46,685 bases of DNA, from positions 1 to 46,685 of the forward strand of contig CAYWLU010000002.1 in assembly GCA_964459435.1 (NCBI GenBank), given 5' to 3'. Source of the DNA: an uncultured Candidatus Peribacteria bacterium. Lineage in GTDB: Bacteria; Patescibacteriota; Gracilibacteria; UBA4473. Below are positions 44,042 to 46,685 of this stretch, piece by piece (positions within the stretch are counted from its first letter, which is position 1; every line of letters starts with the position of its first letter). The notes under the pieces are model-generated. The model had not been told where the DNA came from. It saw only the letters and a program-made list of their open reading frames with translations, and did no database searches. Position numbers and translations under genes: made by a program.

Positions 44042-46147
44042 TTATTTCGCTTGCTTCATAGAAAGTTGAGTTCTACCCATCTTATCTGTTCCCATAATCT
44101 TTACTTTTACTTTATCGCCTTCTTTAACCACGCTAGATGGATGATCTACTCGCTCATTAGCCATTTCAGAAACATGCACTAGAGCTTCTTTCCCAGGTAA
44201 GAATTCTACAAAGGCTCCAAAATCCATAATCGACTTCACGGTACCCTCAAAGACATCTCCTGTTTTAGGTTCATAAGTCATAGCCTCTATTTCTGCTCTA
44301 GCTTTCTTTCCATTCTCCTGATTAGTAGAAGAGATCATAACTAGTCCATCGTCTTCAATATCAATCTTAACATCATAATCATCAGAAAGACGATGTATTG
44401 TTTCTCCTCCCTTACCAATAACTATTCGAATAAATTCTGGATTAATCTGTAAAGCATCTACTCGCGGAGCAAAATCACTCATTTCTTTTCTTACTTCTGG
44501 GATAGCCTTTAACATAGCTGATAAAATATGTGCTCTGGCTATCTTAGCCTTTTCTAAAGCTTCTTTCAGTAAAGACATCTTTAGTCCCTTGACCTTAATA
44601 TCTAACTGCAAAGCCGTAATAGAATTTGCATCTCCAGTGACCTTGAAGTCCATGTCACCATCAAAATCTTCAAAACCCATAATATCGGTCAAAATCCGGT
44701 AATCTCCACCTTCTTCCATCATTAGTCCCATCGCTACTCCAGATATTGGAGTTTTAATTGGTATTCCTGCATCCATAAGAGTCAAAGTAGATCCACAAAC
44801 TGCTGCCATAGAACTAGATCCGTTACAAGTCAGGATTTCTGATACGACCCTAATGGTATATGGGAAATTATCATTCTCTCGGTTTGGCATAACATATTTA
44901 AGAGCTCTTTCTCCTAACATTCCATGTCCTATCTCTCGTCTCCCAGTACCTCTCATTGGACGAACTTCTCCCACAGAATATGGAGGGAAATTATAGTGAT
45001 GCATGTAATACTTTTTCACCTCATCTTGATCTGGATCATTCAAAATTTGATGATCTCCCGGAGAACCAACGGTTGCAATAGATAAGGACTGAGTTTCTCC
45101 TCTTTGAAAAAGAGCAGAACCATGTAGCCGTGGAAAAAGACCGACTTCACACACCAAAGGTCTTACTTCATCTACTTCCCTATTATCTATCCTCTTCCCT
45201 GTCTTAAATACTTGAGATCGCATAGTACTCGCAAACCGTTTCTCAAAGAAATACATTAAGTCTTTCTTAGACACTTCTTCTGCTTCTATCTGGTCTGCAC
45301 AAGCAACCATTAATTTATCTTCTGCGATATGCATCGCTTCTTTAATTTCTGATTTCAAAACACCTTTAATAGCTTCAAAATCTTTGTCAGTTAAATGCTG
45401 TTCTACAAGTTTCTTTGCTTCTTCATCATGTTCTGCAAGTACTGCTTCTTTCTTTTCTATTTTCACCTTAGCGACTAAGTCTTTTTGTAATTTACAAATC
45501 TTCTTGATTTCTTCGTGTCCAAATTCTAGAGCTTTAAGCATTTCTTCGTCAGAAATAAGATTGGCACCAGCTTCAACCATAAGAATGGCATCTTCTGTTC
45601 CAGCTAATACCAAGTCTAATTTTCCATTTTCTATTTCATCAAAATCAGGATCTAAATAAAATCCTCCATCATCTTTTATTCCAACTCTTACAGCTCCTAC
45701 TGGTGCTTCTATCGGAAAACCTCCTAACTGACAAGCCATAGATGCGGCATTAATCATTGTTGCAGCCGGACTATTTTGTCCATTGGCTTGCAATAAAGTT
45801 CCTACAATTTGAATATTATTTCTAGTCTCTTTATTAAAAAGAGGACGAAGGGGACGATCTGTCATCCGAGAAATCAAAATCGCAGATTCTGGTGGTCGCG
45901 CTTCTCTTTTCAAAAAACGAGAACTTTTTATCTTCCCTGTTGCATAAAACTTAGGATCGAAATCAACCATTAAAGGGAAGAAATCGCATCCTTCTCTGGC
46001 ACCCTCAGTCATACAAGCACTCGCAAGAATAACCACATCACCATAAGTGGCGACCGTCGCCCCATCTGCCTGCAAAGCCAACTTACCTGTCTCGAAAGAC
46101 AAAGTTTTTTCTCCTATTTTTGCCGATACCGATTCTATTTTTGCCAT
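44042..46147 (-). CDS. pnp: Polyribonucleotide nucleotidyltransferase
   Basis: FETGKLALQADG, RRE(I)GHG, NGSSSMA, GDMDFKV, KH and S1 domains. Confidence 0.97.
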   Translation of the reverse strand: MAKIESVSAKIGEKTLSFETGKLALQADGATVATYGDVVILASACMTEGAREGCDFFPLMVDFDPKFYATGKIKSSRFLKREARPPESAILISRMTDRPLRPLFNKETRNNIQIVGTLLQANGQNSPAATMINAASMACQLGGFPIEAPVGAVRVGIKDDGGFYLDPDFDEIENGKLDLVLAGTEDAILMVEAGANLISDEEMLKALEFGHEEIKKICKLQKDLVAKVKIEKKEAVLAEHDEEAKKLVEQHLTDKDFEAIKGVLKSEIKEAMHIAEDKLMVACADQIEAEEVSKKDLMYFFEKRFASTMRSQVFKTGKRIDNREVDEVRPLVCEVGLFPRLHGSALFQRGETQSLSIATVGSPGDHQILNDPDQDEVKKYYMHHYNFPPYSVGEVRPMRGTGRREIGHGMLGERALKYVMPNRENDNFPYTIRVVSEILTCNGSSSMAAVCGSTLTLMDAGIPIKTPISGVAMGLMMEEGGDYRILTDIMGFEDFDGDMDFKVTGDANSITALQLDIKVKGLKMSLLKEALEKAKIARAHILSAMLKAIPEVRKEMSDFAPRVDALQINPEFIRIVIGKGGETIHRLSDDYDVKIDIEDDGLVMISSTNQENGKKARAEIEAMTYEPKTGDVFEGTVKSIMDFGAFVEFLPGKEALVHVSEMANERVDHPSSVVKEGDKVKVKIMGTDKMGRTQLSMKQAK

Positions 46148-46228
46148 GAAGCAAGAGATTATAATTTTTAATCTCCGCTCGAGTTATCTCTTTATGTCCC
46201 TGGGATAAAGTTGAGGAATTTTTCCCTG

Positions 46229-46263
46229 CCCTATGAAATTCTCTTGAGAATATTTCATGGGGG
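46229..46263. repeat. Family C palindrome in rpsO-pnp gap
   Basis: CCCTATGAAAT-TCTCTTGAGA-ATATTTCATGGGG. Confidence 0.65.
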
Positions 46264-46303
46264 TGAAAAATGCCTGGATTTTACCCCAAGTACTTTTGGA
46301 AAA

Positions 46304-46624
46304 CTATTTGCGGAGTTTAAGAGCTTGAACAATTTTTGTGTACATCTCTTGAGATGTCATCTGTAAATATCTTAAAAGTTTTCTTCTTTTCCCAACCATA
46401 CCGATAAGACCTCTTCTAGAATGCTTATCTTGTGGATGAATTTTAAGATGAGCTGCTAAAATATTAATTTTCTCAGTCAGAATAGCAATCTGAACTGGAG
46501 AAGATCCAGTATCCTTTGCGTGTACTTGGTGAGTCTTAATAACTTCCTTCTTTTCCTGTTTAACATGTACAGGTTCTGCTTTTTTTACAGCAGCTTTCTT
46601 CGTAGTCTTTTTAACGGTAGTCAT
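46304..46624 (-). CDS. rpsO: 30S ribosomal protein S15
   Basis: DTGSSPVQIAILT, HPQDKHSRRGL, VGKRRKLLRYL; upstream of pnp. Confidence 0.95.
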   Translation of the reverse strand: MTTVKKTTKKAAVKKAEPVHVKQEKKEVIKTHQVHAKDTGSSPVQIAILTEKINILAAHLKIHPQDKHSRRGLIGMVGKRRKLLRYLQMTSQEMYTKIVQALKLRK

Positions 46625-46685
46625 ACGGTGTAAATAAATTATTCGCGAGGATTGTAAAAGTTTACAATACTTCGTCAAGGAAAAA

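Noticed and set aside
21650-44061. Short ORFs at 21650, 24380, 27792, 29136, 43737 and 43876
   Set aside because: Composed largely of palindromic repeat or heptamer-tract sequence, or antisense to real genes
2669-45659. Nested or antisense short ORFs within cas12a, pdxST, hydE, SLH gene, folD, iscU/S, pnp and others
   Set aside because: Shadow frames of well-supported genes, with no independent motifs
1-46685. Alternative genetic code 25 (UGA=Gly) as in some Gracilibacteria
   Set aside because: Long genes (cas12a, pnp) have no in-frame TGA, and TGA forms ATGA stop/start overlaps at rsmH and murF

Overview
AT-rich bacterial chromosomal segment in the standard genetic code. Gene content suggests a Patescibacteria/CPR-like (Gracilibacteria/Peregrinibacteria-like) genome; this is inference only. 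The left end holds a type V-A CRISPR-Cas locus on the minus strand (cas12a, cas4, 5' part of cas1), with no multi-repeat array inside the window. Directly upstream of cas12a is an unusual module. It contains a solitary Cas12a-type repeat (AATTTCTACTTTTGTAGAT) followed by a spacer-like segment and terminator, a divergent ~110-nt small RNA with a near-consensus promoter and terminator that converges on a 126-aa basic orphan gene, a remnant of a second cas12a 5' end, and a pRiA4b-ORF3 gene bracketed by a duplicated promoter. The remainder includes pdxST, rsmH, mutM, a tRNA-Gly-anchored islet (RelE-type TA and DHFR-like gene bounded by tRNA-3'-end-like repeats), the [FeFe]-hydrogenase maturases hydG/hydE/hydF without hydA, a murF-degT-femX cell-wall cluster, an AroK-PurN fusion, Arg-rich secreted proteins, folP/tmk/folD, iscU/iscS, pnp and rpsO. 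Intergenic DNA is dense in palindromic repeats. A 120-bp element is inserted in frame in femX, and the 16-bp palindrome TTATATTATAATATAA recurs at gene boundaries.
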